Source: Octopus vulgaris (taxonomy: Eukaryota). Taken from it: DNA of 64,000 nucleotides. Positions 1 to 14,454 of the stretch are shown here, one piece after another. Every line of letters starts with the position of its first letter. Positions within the stretch are counted from its first letter, which is position 1. The stretch is taken from assembly GCA_951406725.2 (NCBI GenBank), contig OX597831.1:4464001-4528000 (forward strand), written 5' to 3'. The position numbers and the translations under genes are program-made. Under the pieces are notes generated by a model. That model saw only the letters and a program-made list of their open reading frames with translations. It made no database searches and was not told where the DNA came from.

Positions 1-27
1 ATAATACTTGTACACCATCTCCAAACC

Positions 28-79
<52 letters not shown>

Positions 80-205
80 CAACAATATTAAGGAATGGCC
101 CTGATAGGCCATTCGACTCACTAGAAAGAGCAGCCAAACTCAAACCGCTAAATAGTAGTAATTCAGAAATCAAAGGAAAATTGAAAACATTTACCCTAAT
201 CATCA

Positions 206-307
206 TTGGACAATGCATTGTTTCGACGTACTTTTTGGCAAACCAGCCTATTTAAATTAAATTAAATTTAATCAAGTCAATCTACCACTGGCTCGTCTCA
301 TCGGCAA
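206..307 (-). ncRNA. Type I hammerhead ribozyme motif (U4C core, long stem II, palindromic stem III)
   Basis: Minus strand reads ttg-CCGATGA-GACG-(65 nt)-CGTC-GAAA-CAATGCATTG-TC-caa. Stem I is ttg:caa, stem II GACG:CGTC, stem III the palindrome ACAATGCATTGT, with a GUC cleavage triplet. Confidence 0.75.
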
Positions 308-399
308 GGAGGCCAGGAGGAATAAATTTTCCACGAGGCAGCCGCATGGATGCCTCGGGAATATATACTCTAAATTTTCAAAAACTACCGTAATCGCGC

Positions 400-471
<72 letters not shown>

Positions 472-474
472 ATC

Positions 475-2100
475 TATCTTCTTAATAGTCCATCTATCTC
501 CGATACAGATGTAGTCTGTGGTCTCAGACATCAGCGGAGGAAACACAAGTTGCTCCGCAGTCCAAAGCACACAGGCGCTCCCGGGTTGGACACTAGTAAT
601 CTGTGATCAGGACTGGAGAGGATGAGGCCCAGCGACACCTCTTGCTTGCGGCTGCGAAGCATTGCTGTCTATCCTTCTCAAAGACAGCTACAGCAGTATT
701 GATGATTGACCTCCGGCAGCCCTATTTGTGGCTGCGGTCTCGAGTTTGCGGAGTTGGATGTCACACCACTTTAGGTTGTCCTTTAGTGTCCTTATATCTC
801 AACTTTTCCGTGTTGCTTTGTGTTTCCTTGTTGCTTTGTGTTTTCCTTCAGCTGTTTGGGGGTGAGGTGGTCGTTCATTCTGATGACGTGGCCGGTCCAG
901 CGTAACTGGACTTTCAGTAGAAGGGCCTAGACGCTTGTGGACTCTGCTCCGTCCTGGACTTCTTGATTGGAGACTCTGTCTTGCCAGTAGCTGTCCATGA
1001 CTGTGCGTAGTGATCTTGCATGAAACTGTTCCAATTCCTTGCTGTGCCGGCGGTATGGAGTCCACGTTTCACAACCATACAGCAGCGTGGATAGAACGAC
1101 AGCTTTGTATATTTTGAGCTTCGTGGACAGCCGCACGCCTTTCTCTCGCAGTATTTTAATCCTGAGTCTACTGAGTGCTTGGCTGGCTCTCTGGGTCCTT
1201 TATCCTGGATCCTTTATTCTGAATCTCTTTATCCAGTGAACCATTTGCAGAGATAATGCTGCCTAGGTACCTGAAGCTTTCGACACAGTTCAGCTCAACC
1301 ACATCAATGGTGATGGCTGGCTTAGGTTTTGTTATATTCGGGGCTACCTGGGGCAAGAACTCCGTCTTCCCAAGGCTGTTGGTGAGGCCGAAGGGTCTGT
1401 ATGCCTCAGTAAAGCGGTTGACGATGATTTAAAGGTGGTTTTTCTTGTGGACCGCAAGGGCACAGTCGTCCGCGAAGAGGGCTTCGAGGATGAGATTTTC
1501 CCTGGTCTTTATTTTGCAGACAGGCGGTGGAGGTCGAATAAGGGCCATCGCTTCGGTACTTGATATACACGCCCAGGTCAAGGTTCTTCACAGCGTGGAG
1601 GAGGACCTGCGTGAAGAACAAGTTGAGGGACACTGGGGCAAGGACACGACCCTGTTTGACTCCATTAGAGGTGCTGAAGGAGTTCGTGTTGTCCCCGTTA
1701 GAAAGGATCTGTCCCTTCATGTTGTTGTCGAAGAGCTTGACCAGAGTTGTGAATTTTTGTGGGCAACCAAGCTTGCTGAGGATGATCCATAAGGCTTCCC
1801 GGTTAACTGTGTCAAAACGCCTTGGTCAGGTCAACGAACACGGCGTACAGATCCATTTCTGCTCAATGCACTTCTCCTGCACTTGTCGCACAGCAAACAC
1901 CATGCCTATAGTACTGTAACCAGGGTAAAAGCCACACTGGGCCTCGGGCAGGCTGCTCTCGGAGATGTTGGCGCTGAGTCCGTTGAGGAGGATACGGGCG
2001 AGAATCTTGCTTGATATGCAGAGTAGGGAGATCCCTCTGTAGTTGGTGCAGTCTGTCGTGGCTCCTTTGTGCTTGTGTAAAGCGACTATGGTGGAATCTC
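475..2100 (-). mobile_element. RTE-clade (BovB-like) LINE, 5'-truncated and frameshifted
   Basis: Minus-strand ORF pieces give GVKQGRVLAP, ESFRYLGS and KLKIYKAVVLSTLLYGCETWT. Also NYRGISL and FADD by manual translation. Confidence 0.92.
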
Positions 2101-2853
2101 GCTGATCTGTTGTCTATAAAACTGCAACTTCCAACAAAAACACGAAGGAATCCAGATTTCTGCAGCGGAAAGTTCAATCGGTGAGTTTATCTGGTATCAA
2201 TATCTAATCGTTATTCATTCTAATGACTTTTGAACCACGAATTAAAAACAAAAGGCAACGGACGAAGGAAGGATTTGAAATCGGAACACACAGGTACGTA
2301 ACTCCACACCATAAAACACTCGAACAGTGATTTTCTCATTTCTAAAATCCATCATCCATCATCGATCAAGCTCACACGAGCACGCAAAAAAATGTATTAA
2401 AACATATAGTTCTTTAGATTAATTATTTCAATAATTCTACTCTGATGTACAATATATTTTTTGCTTTACTTTATAAACAATAGAAAATTGGCATTGTGAT
2501 TCTTTTATTAATATATTGTCATTTCTGCTTCTTTTGATAATTTTAATTCCAAGACATTCGTTTTGTCAAATCTTCAACACCATAACTAACGGAGAGAAAC
2601 AAAAAATCTCTTAGATGGTCTTTATCAAATGTGAATCCATTAGTCCGGCTGCGTAATCAACATGTCTTCTTGTGGATTCGTTTTATTTCGAAAACACTCG
2701 ATCACCCATCTTCCTCATTTGTCTCGCATCATCAAAAGACATCTCTTCAAAGTTAGATCCTTCCCTTGAAGAATTATTACAGTTTAATTAGAAATAAATC
2801 ATTAACGCTAATGATGACTTGCATTATTACTTCAATCTCTCTCTCTCTATCTA

Positions 2854-2950
<97 letters not shown>

Positions 2951-2981
2951 TACATATACATATATATATATACATATATAT

Positions 2982-3013
<32 letters not shown>

Positions 3014-3179
3014 GCATATACATATATATATATATACATACATATAAATATATATATATATATTTATATATGCTTATATATAAATCTATCTCTGTATATA
3101 TATGTATATAAGTATGTATATATATGTGTGTCTTATATATATATGTATATATATGTATATATATATATGTATATATGTA

Positions 3180-3246
<67 letters not shown>

Positions 3247-3299
3247 TCATATATGTATATGTATATATATATACATATATGTATGTAAATACATGAATG

Positions 3300-3349
<50 letters not shown>

Positions 3350-3496
3350 ACATATATATATATATGTATGTTGAAATATGTATATATATATATATTCAAA
3401 TATTAAATTTTGTATATGTTATTTAACGTGGATATACTGATATACTGGACAAAACCATTAAACTGCATATTAATCATGTGAAAACTTCTTGTAAAA

Positions 3497-3862
3497 ACGT
3501 ATAGTGCTAAAAAGCACAGACGTCTTTCAATAGTACATGAACATTTTTGAACAGCGGTGGTGGAATAGCTAAATCAGGATTTCTCTGTCCTTGCACGTCA
3601 TCAGTAACATGTAATCACTATCAACCACTTTGACAAAAATCACGGCTGTTGATATTGAAACAAGTGTGATTAACAAATCACTGGCGTCGCAAATAGGAAG
3701 CCTGTTGAGTAAAATTTCGTTATTGACAATGGTAGCAGCATTGGTTCAGAACAGCATTCTGTATGCCTTACGTAACATGGATACACTATCGAAAAACACA
3801 AAACTGTAGTATTCGTCTCAAGAAAGCTTCTCGTACTGACGTATAGTGCTAAAAAGCACAGA
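3497..3862 (-). repeat. 342-bp unit bounded by a 24-bp direct repeat, containing an HHR motif
   Basis: acgtatagtgctaaaaagcacaga occurs at 3497-3520 and 3839-3862. Confidence 0.7.
3568..3608 (-). ncRNA. Degenerate type I hammerhead motif
   Basis: Minus strand reads gtta-CTGATGA-cgtgcaaggacaga-GAAA-TC-ct-GA-TT-tagc. Core is canonical and stems I and III pair, but stem II is poor. Confidence 0.5.
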
Positions 3863-4182
3863 TGTGTATCAGCGGCAGATTAATAATGTAAATGATGATG
3901 ATGGTGATGGTGACATACATACATACATACATACATACAAACATACATATATGCATACACCCACACGCGAGCTTTCATAAATACATACATATATACATAC
4001 ATACATACATACGAACATACATACATACATACATACATGCATACATACATTCATACATACATACATACATCCATCCATGCATACATATATACATACATGA
4101 ATGCATACATACATACATACATACATACATACATACATACATACATACATACATACATACATGCATGCATACATACATTTTG

Positions 4183-4565
4183 TTGGCACTCTGTCGGTTT
4201 CGACGATGAGGGTTCCAGTTGATCCCATCAACAGAACAGCCTGCTCCTGAAATTAACGTGCAAGTGGCTGAGCACTCCACAGACACGTGTACCCTTAACG
4301 TAGTTCTTGGGGAGATTCAGCGTGACATAGTGTGACAAGGCTGGCCCTTTGATATACAGGTACAACAGAAACAGGAAGGAAGAGTGAGAGAAAGTTGTGG
4401 TGAAAGAGTACAGCAGGGTTCACCATCATCCCCTGCTACCGGAGCCTCGTTGAGCTTTAGGTGTTTTCTCTCAATAAACACTCACAACGCCCGGTCTGGG
4501 CATCGAAACCGTGATCCTAAGACCGCGAGTCCGCTGCACTAACCACTGGGTTATTGCGCCTCCAC
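4183..4565 (-). mobile_element. tRNA-derived SINE, family B
   Basis: tRNA-like head with A/B boxes (tagtgcag...ggtttcgatgcc on the minus strand). Near-identical to 15378-15762 and 57468-57830. Confidence 0.88.
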
Positions 4566-4794
4566 ACATACATACATATATACATACACACATACATACA
4601 TACATACATATATACATACACACATACATACATACATACATACATACATACATGCATACACGCATACATACATACATACATACATACATACATACATACA
4701 TACATACATACATACACACACACTTATATACAAGAAATAAAGGGAGACAACAGGACAAGCAAAAGGACGAAAATCGAAGCTATATATATTGATG

Positions 4795-5622
4795 CGACCT
4801 TCATGCGATTTTCAGAAATCAGTCTACGGACCAGCGTTGTCAGCTGAGGTCATACTGCCACGTGGTACGACTTTCTTTCGCATTGCTGCTCACCTGTTCG
4901 TCAATTTTTGCGATGGCTGAAACGAAGGAACAGCGAGCTACCGTGAAATTCTGTTTTCTGCTGGGGAAAACCGCAACTGAAAGAATTGCTTTGCTTCGAA
5001 CAGCTCACGAGGACGCTGCCATGAGCAAAACACAAGTTTACGAGTGGTTTTCACGCTTTAGCAATGGTCATTTGTTGCTTGAAGACCAACTTCGTTCGGA
5101 GCGACCGTCGATCTCACGAACGAATGAAAACATTATGGAAATTCATGAACTGATCTTGGAGGACCGTCTTCGAACAATCGACGAACTTGTTGATAGGATT
5201 GGTGTGTTCTGGAGCTCCTGTCAAACGAATTTTGAGCGAGGACTTGCAAATGAAAAGAGTTGCAGAAAAACTTGTGCTTCGCTTGCTCATGAAAGATCAA
5301 AAGCAGTCAAGACTGAATGCATGTGGTGAATTGAAAGAACAGTTGGAAGTTGATCCGGACCTATTTTCGAAAGTCATCTTTGGTGACGAAAGCTGGTGCT
5401 ACGGAATTTGCAGATGTGGAAGACGTGACGAAATAAAAAAAATAAAGTAACGGAGGCGTTAAAAAGCATCACTTCGCAAGAGTTCCACCACTGCTTCCAG
5501 CTGTAAGAAACGCAGCTGGACCAATGCATTGCTTGAAATGGAGAACATATTGAAGGCGATAAAAATGTAAATATGTAAAACTAAGTGAATAAATTATTGC
5601 GGTTTCTTTTGGGTACTCCCTC
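4795..5622 (+). mobile_element. Mariner transposon remnant, internally deleted
   Basis: EQRATVKFCFLLGKTATE...VYEWFSRF (HTH region), then RILSEDLQMKRV...IFGDESWCY. Frameshifted, with a TIR-like right end near 5590-5622. Confidence 0.88.
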
Positions 5623-5675
<53 letters not shown>

Positions 5676-5692
5676 CATATATACATACATAT

Positions 5693-5724
<32 letters not shown>

Positions 5725-5795
5725 GTATGTATATATGTATGTATATATGTATTTATATATATATATATGTATGTATATATATATAAATACATATA

Positions 5796-5858
<63 letters not shown>

Positions 5859-5929
5859 GTATATATATATATATATATATACATATGTATATATATATAT
5901 ATACATATTTATATATATATATATACTTG

Positions 5930-5969
<40 letters not shown>

Positions 5970-6066
5970 CTGCGTATATGTGTCTATATATCTATATATC
6001 TGTATATGTGTATATAAATATACATATACATACATGCATATATATAAGTATATATACATACATACA

Positions 6067-6101
<35 letters not shown>

Positions 6102-6629
6102 GCACACTTGCATATATATATATACATGCATACATACATCTTTACATACATACATACATACATATGCATGCATACCACACACTTATATAAAACGATGGGT
6201 GAGCCAGTGTAGGTTTATGTGCTTTTGAGTGTATATGATGGAAGAATCGCATATCTCGACGAAAGTATGCGTTGAGGGCTTACGTGTGGGTTGGTGGGCG
6301 AGACACGTTACTGGAGCAAAAGTGTACCGGCGGACACATACGTTTCTGATACCGCCAACACCTCGCGACGACTCGCAGCAAAAAGAAAAAAAGAACAACA
6401 AAAAAAAAAACAACACAAAACTTCTATAGAATTCTTGTTCAAATTCCCACATCTTTAGAATTTCATGATGAACAAGATTAATAATAATAATAATAATAAT
6501 GATAACAATAATAATAATAATAATAATGACAACCACCACCACTACCACCACTGCCACGACGACAAGGCATTACAGCAGGCAACGAACAGAAAGGACGGCA
6601 GCAGAAGCGCGCATCCTGGGTGGCTATAG

Positions 6630-6745
6630 TATTTGATAAGCTTACTGTCTGACAAGGTTATCTGCTGTTGCTGTCAAACTTGTCTACATGAGGGCGCTGT
6701 GTCATCGGGTGTAAAAGAACATGGCTTGTCAATGACGTCACTCAT
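6630..6745. promoter_or_regulatory. Candidate enhancer (CRE, GATA and TALE sites)
   Basis: TGACGTCA at 6733-6740, TGATAAG at 6634, TTATCT at 6658, and four TGACA/TGTCA sites in unique sequence. Confidence 0.3.
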
Positions 6746-6798
6746 TTACTTCGGCTATTATCGTTAGATGCCTCATATGTACATCATGTACATACATG

Positions 6799-6875
<77 letters not shown>

Positions 6876-6938
6876 GTATATTCATATATATATATGTATA
6901 TATATATATGTATATATATATATGTATATATATATGTA

Positions 6939-6978
<40 letters not shown>

Positions 6979-7558
6979 ATATGATGTTTTTTCTGTGTCT
7001 TTTCATCTCAAATCTATGTTGTCTTTTAGATATTCTGTATTATCTTTCTCTCTGTCTCTATCTCTGTCTCTCTCTGTCTGTGTGTCACTCCCCCCCCACA
7101 CACATACACACACCAATGAATGTAAGAAAAGAAACCTCACCGTTTTTGTAACCCAGTTCAACTTCTATTGCCCTTGTGGCCATATGAATAACCGATTGAT
7201 ATTGTTGTTGTTGTTGTTGTCGATTGTTGTTGCTGCTGCTGTTGTTGTTGTCTTAACCATATTGTTTCGCTGTGGTAAGGTTATGGGGTCGACTTGCTCG
7301 CTGGTTGGTTGGTTGGTTGGTTTGCTTCTTTTGTGTTTGTTTTTTAAAAAAACTTCCTCCTTTTGTTTATCAAGTTTGTTCATTTGTATGTTTTATTTCC
7401 ATGTTTGTTTGTTTTTTTTTTTTTTATTATTTATATTTACTAATCTACTTATATAGAAATTCATTCTACCACTCACTTATCTCAAGCACAAACATGCGTC
7501 TATGTGAGCGCCCGTGTGCGCTTCCGTATGTGCACGTGAGTGCGAGCATGTACGTATT

Positions 7559-7669
<111 letters not shown>

Positions 7670-7744
7670 GTACATATATATGTGTATATGTATATGTATA
7701 GCATGGCCACAGTCAAACGACTGAAACAAGGAAAAGAGAAAAGA

Positions 7745-7825
<81 letters not shown>

Positions 7826-7849
7826 TAGATATATAGATATATATAAAAG

Positions 7850-7899
<50 letters not shown>

Positions 7900-8423
7900 T
7901 ATATATATATATATATGTTTATATATGTTTATATATATATATATATGTATATATAAACTTTCAGATAGATGTGTGTGTGTGTGTGTGCGCGTGCAAGTGT
8001 GTGTATGCATGAATGTGCATGTGTGCCTCTCTGTGTGTGTGTATGTGGGGTGTGTGGGGTGTGGAGTATGTATGCATGGTGTAGAATGGAATGTACCACA
8101 GAAAGTATCGGATGAGTGACGGGGTGATGCAGGGGTGGGTGGCGCTGGCTGTGTGTGTCCGTGTGTGGGTGTGGGTGTTGATGTGGGTGAATGTAATTCC
8201 GGGTGCCCTCATATCAATATCTTATTAGACAATTGCAGAACTTTAGTGAATGACGTACGTCATCGCCGTCGTCGTCATCGTCATCATCACTGTCCTCTTC
8301 ATCATCATCCCCTCCCCCATCTTCATCATTGTCGTCGTATTCGCCGTCATTCTCGTCGTCATTGTCGTCATTGTCGTTATCATCGTCGCTGTCGTCGTCA
8401 TCATTATTATTATCATCATTTGT

Positions 8424-8454
<31 letters not shown>

Positions 8455-8489
8455 AGCATCGTTTGTCGTCATCATCAACATCGTCCTCC

Positions 8490-11400
8490 TCTTCATCGTC
8501 ATCATTATTATCGTCGTCGTAATCATCGTCGTCATCATCACCATTATCATCGTCATCGTAATCATCGTCGTCATCATCACCATTATCATCGTCATCGTAA
8601 TCATCGTCGTCATCATCACCATTATCATCGTCATCGTAATCATCGTCGTCATCATCACCATTATCATCGTCATCGTAATCATCGTAGTCATCATCACCAT
8701 TATCATCGTCATCGTAATCATCGTCGTCATCATCACCATTATCATCGTCATCGTAATCATCGTCGTCATCATCACCATTATCGTCGTCATCGTAATCATC
8801 GTCGTCATCATCACCATTATCATCGTCGTCGTAATCATCGTCGTCATCATCACCATTATCATCGTCATCGTAATCATCGTCGTCATCATCACCATTATCG
8901 TCGTCATCGTAATCATCGTCGTCATCATCACCATTATCATCGTCATCGTAATCATCGTCGTCATCATCACCATTATCATCGTCGTCGTAATCATCGTCGT
9001 CATCATCACCATTATCATCGTCATCGTAATCATCGTCGTCATCATCACCATTATCGTCATCGTCATCATCACCATTATCGTCTCGTAATCATCATCACCA
9101 TTATCGTCGTCATCATCGTAATCATCGTCGTCATCATCACCATTATCATCGTCGTCATCATCGTCGTCATCATCACCATTATCGTCATCGTAATCATCGT
9201 CGTCATCATCACCATTATCATCGTCATCGTAATCATCGTCGTCATCATCACCATTATCTCGTCATCGTAATCATCGTCGTCATCATCACATTATCATCGT
9301 CGTCGTAATCATCGTCGTCATCATCACCATTATCATCGTCATCGTAATCATCGTCGTCATCATCACCATTATCGTCGTCATCGTAATCATCGTCGTCATC
9401 ATCACCATTATCATCGTCATCGTAATCATCGTCGTCATCATCACCATTATCGTCGTCATCGTAATCATCGTCGTCATCATCACCATTATCATCGTCGTCG
9501 TAATCATCGTCGTCATCATCACCATTATCATCGTCGTCGTAATCATCGTCGTCATCATCACCATTATCATCGTCATCGTAATCATCGTCGTCATCATCAC
9601 CATTATCGTCGTCATCGTAATCATCGTCGTCATCATCACCATTATCATCGTCGTCGTAATCATCGTCGTCATCATCACCATTATCATCGTCATCGTAATC
9701 ATCGTCGTCATCATCACCATTATCATCGTCATCGTAATCATCGTCGTCATCATCACCATTATCGTCGTCATCGTAATCATCGTCGTCATCATCACCATTA
9801 TCATCGTCATCGTAATCATCGTCGTCATCATCACCATTATCATCGTCGTCGTAATCATCGTCGTCATCATCACCATTATCATCGTCGTCGTAATCATCGT
9901 CGTCATCATCACCATTATCGTCGTCATCGTAATCATCGTCGTCATCATCAGCATTATCATCGTCGTCGTAATCATCGTCGTCATCATCACCATTATCGTC
10001 GTCATCGTAATCATCGTCGTCATCATCACCATTATCATCGTCGTCGTAATCATCGTCGTCATCATCACCATTATCATCGTCATCGTAATCATCGTCGTCA
10101 TCATCACCATTATCATCGTCGTCGTAATCATCGTCGTCATCATCACCATTATCATCGTCGTCGTAATCATCGTCGTCATCATCACCATTATCATCGTCGT
10201 CGTAATCATCGTCGTCATCATCACCATTATCATCGTCGTCGTAATCATCGTCGTCATCATCACCATTATCATCGTCATCGTAATCATCGTCGTCATCATC
10301 ACCATTATCATCGTCATCGTAATCATCGTCGTCATCATCACCATTATCATCGTCGTCGTAATCATCGTCGTCATCATCACCATTATCATCGTCATCGTAA
10401 TCATCGTCGTCATCATCACCATTATCATCGTCATCGTAATCATCGTCGTCATCATCACCATTATCATCGTCGTCGTAATCATCGTCGTCATCATCACCAT
10501 TATCATCGTCATCGTAATCATCGTCGTCATCATCACCATTATCATCGTCATCGTAATCATCGTCGTCATCATCACCATTATCGTCGTCATCGTAATCATC
10601 GTCGTCATCATCACCATTATCGTCGTCATCGTAATCATCGTCGTCATCATCACCATTATCATCATCACCATTATCATCGTCATCGTAATCATCGTCGTCA
10701 TCATCACCATTATCATCGTCGTCATCATCACCATTATCATCGTCATCGTAATCATCGTCGTCATCATCACCATTATCATCGTCATCGTCGTCATCATCGT
10801 CGTCATCATCATCGTCGTCATCATCACCATTATCATCGTCATCGTAATCATCGTCGTCATCATCACCATTATCATCGTCATCGTAATCATCGTCGTCATC
10901 ATCACCATTATCATCGTCATCGTCGTCATCATCACCATTATCATCGTCATCGTCGTCATCATCACCATTATCATCGTCATCGTAATCATCGTCGTCATCA
11001 TCACCATTATCATCGTCATCGTCATCGTCAAATCATCGTCGTCATCATCACCATTATCATCGTCATCGTAATCATCGTCGTCATCATCACCATTATCGTC
11101 GTCATCGTAATCATCGTCGTCATCATCACCATTATCGTCGTCATCATCACCATTATCATCGTCATCGTAATCATCGTCGTCATCATCACCATTATCATCG
11201 TCATCGTAATCATCGTCGTCATCATCACCATTATCATCGTCGTCGTAATCATCGTCGTCATCATCACCATTATCATCGTCATCGTAATCATCGTCGTCAT
11301 CATCACCATTATCATCGTCATCGTAATCATCGTCGTCATCATCACCATTATCATCGTCATCGTAATCATCGTCGTCATCATCACCATTATCATCGTCATC

Positions 11401-12750
11401 GTAATCATCGTCGTCATCATCACCATTATCATCGTCATCGTAATCATCGTCGTCATCATCACCATTATCATCGTCATCGTAATCATCGTCGTCATCATCA
11501 CCATTATCATCGTCATCGTAATCATCGTCGTCATCATCACCATTATCATCGTCATCGTCGTCATCATCATCATCATCATCGTCGTCATCATCACCATTAT
11601 CGTCGTCATCGTAATCATCGTCGTCATCATCACCATTATCGTCGTCATCGTAATCATCGTCGTCATCATCACCATTATCGTCGTCATCGTAATCATCGTC
11701 GTCATCGTAATCATCGTCGTCATCATCACCATTATCATCGTCATCGTAATCATCGTCGTCATCATCACCATTATCGTCGTCATCGTAATCATCGTCGTCA
11801 TCATCACCATTATCGTCGTCATCGTAATCATCGTCGTCATCATCACCATTATCGTCGTCATCGTAATCATCGTCGTCATCATCACCATTATCATCGTCAT
11901 CGTAATCATCGTCGTCATCATCACCATTATCGTCGTCATCGTAATCATCGTCGTCATCATCACCATTATCGTCGTCATCGTAATCATCGTCGTCATCATC
12001 ACCATTATCGTCGTCATCGTAATCATCGTCGTCATCATCACCATTATCGTCGTCATCGTAATCATCGTCGTCATCATCACCATTATCATCGTCATCGTAA
12101 TCATCGTCGTCATCATCACCATTATCGTCGTCATCGTAATCATCGTCGTCATCATCACCATTATCGTCGTCATCGTAATCATCGTCGTCATCATCACCAT
12201 TATCGTCGTCATCGTAATCATCGTCGTCATCATCACCATTATCATCGTCATCGTAATCATCGTCGTCATCATCACCATTATCGTCGTCATCGTAATCATC
12301 GTCGTCATCATCACCATTATCGTCGTCATCGTAATCATCGTCGTCATCATCACCATTATCATCGTCATCGTAATCATCGTCGTCATCATCACCATTATCG
12401 TCGTCATCGTAATCATCGTCGTCATCATCACCATTATCGTCGTCATCGTAATCATCGTCGTCATCATCACCATTATCGTCGTCATCGTAATCATCGTCGT
12501 CATCATCACCATTATCGTCGTCATCGTAATCATCGTCGTCATCATCACCATTATCGTCGTCATCGTAATCATCGTCGTCATCATCACCATTATCGTCGTC
12601 ATCGTAATCATCGTCGTCATCATCACCATTATCGTCGTCATCGTAATCATCGTCGTCATCATCACCATTATCATCGTCATCGTAATCATCGTCGTCATCA
12701 TCACCATTATCATCGTCATCGTCGTCATCATCACCATTATCATCGTCATC
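8490..12750. repeat. 39-bp minisatellite array (about 4.2 kb)
   Basis: Unit gtaatcatcgtcgtcatcatcaccattatc(a/g)tcgtc(a/g)tc. Period matches the 13-aa repeat in the artefactual ORFs. Roughly 105-110 units by length. Confidence 0.97.
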
Positions 12751-12855
12751 GGAAGGCGCAGTAGCAGCAGCAGTAATTTCTTCCTCACTCTTGTCTATAT
12801 TTCTTTTGTATGTATATATATATATATACAGACATACGTATAAACACATAGAATA

Positions 12856-12910
<55 letters not shown>

Positions 12911-13039
12911 AGGTGTATGTATGTGTGTGTGTTGCAGGTAAACACTTGTGGCCATGCTGTATTACAACCTATCAATGATGCTGCCTCATTCCATTTGTAT
13001 TATTTAATCAACTTGATCAATTACGTTATACATACATGC

Positions 13040-13091
<52 letters not shown>

Positions 13092-13255
13092 CAATAAGAA
13101 AATGGAAAGGGGTGAATAGGTAGTGTTAGACATTATATTATGTCAACTTATTTATTTATTTACTATAACGACAATTACAAGAATATACATACATGTATAA
13201 CATATGCTTTACATATAAAATATATTAATATATAAAGATACCAGTAATTATTAAA

Positions 13256-13401
<146 letters not shown>

Positions 13402-13417
13402 TATAAGTTCTATTATT

Positions 13418-13606
13418 CTTTTTTTTTTGTTACAGTCATTTGACTGCGGCCATACAGGCGTACCGCCTTTAGTCGAACAAATCGCTCCCCCCCCAGGACT
13501 TATTCTTTGTAAGCGTAATACTTATTCTGTAGGTTACGGTGACGTAAACACACCAATATCGGTTATCAAGCGATGGTGGGAGGACACACACACACACACA
13601 GACACA

Positions 13607-13648
<42 letters not shown>

Positions 13649-13783
13649 CGATGGGCTTCTTTCATTTTCCGCCTACCAAATTCACTCACGAGCCTTTGGT
13701 CGGCCCGAGTTTAAAGCAGAATACACTCAGTGAGACAGAACCCGGAACCATGTGGTTGGTAAGCAAGCTACTTACCACACAGT
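13418..13783 (-). mobile_element. tRNA-derived SINE, family A (internal microsatellite)
   Basis: Matches the family A copy at 14455-14864. Confidence 0.85.
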
Positions 13784-14454
13784 TGTAATCGAAGACCAAT
13801 GAATATTGGGGTTTCTTTAGACTCTTAAAATATTGCAGTATCTACTGTACACTTTTATCAAAGTGGCACTTACTAATGGTGCCATGTCACTCACTGATAA
13901 AATTCCTTGCCAATTCTTCTAAGACGTTACAGATTTAGTGAACTTTATTTCACCTCCAGAAAGTTGAGTCTTAAAGTTTCATCCTCTCCCTGTAGTTCTA
14001 CTTCTTCATAAAATATAGACCTTTCAGAGAACCTTTCGGCTTCTTCATAAAGACATTGATCTTTCAAAACACATTTCAAACACTTCATAAAGACAATATT
14101 TTGATAATATCTTTGGTGTAGAATATTTGGACGAGTCTGACTTCTGCGTAGCAAGTATACAAGGAATATTGGGAACAAATTATCTCAAGTACTGAGAACT
14201 AGTATCACCCACGTCACGGAGCCTACAAGATGTCGTGTTCTTAACATACTTAAAATCTATCTTTCTGTTACGCATCTTCACAATGTTGCTATTAAAGTAA
14301 TTTGATTAGTAAACCGTATAGTATTACCCGTTATATTCCTTCGCTCTCTATGCTACGCTCTCTAACCACCACCAGCTCTTTATAACTCTTTATAGCTCTC
14401 TTATAACTTAGGTTATAAGCATTACACGAGGCAGCATCATATAGACGTATACTC

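Noticed and set aside
2100-2190. Splice-donor-like CG|GTGAGT at 2180
   Set aside because: No identifiable acceptor or coding frame, and it abuts a LINE truncation point.
8490-12750. CRISPR-like array
   Set aside because: Repeats are contiguous with no unique spacers, and the context is eukaryotic.
9286-12975. 1229-aa Asp-rich ORF resembling acidic biomineralisation proteins
   Set aside because: It is a translation of the 39-bp minisatellite. It begins in (CA)n, has no signal peptide, switches from poly-D to M/T/I mid-array, and several frames are open.
13900-14260. Possible Gypsy RT remnant or 77-aa ORF
   Set aside because: Only a faint FVPN-like match, too degenerate to support.
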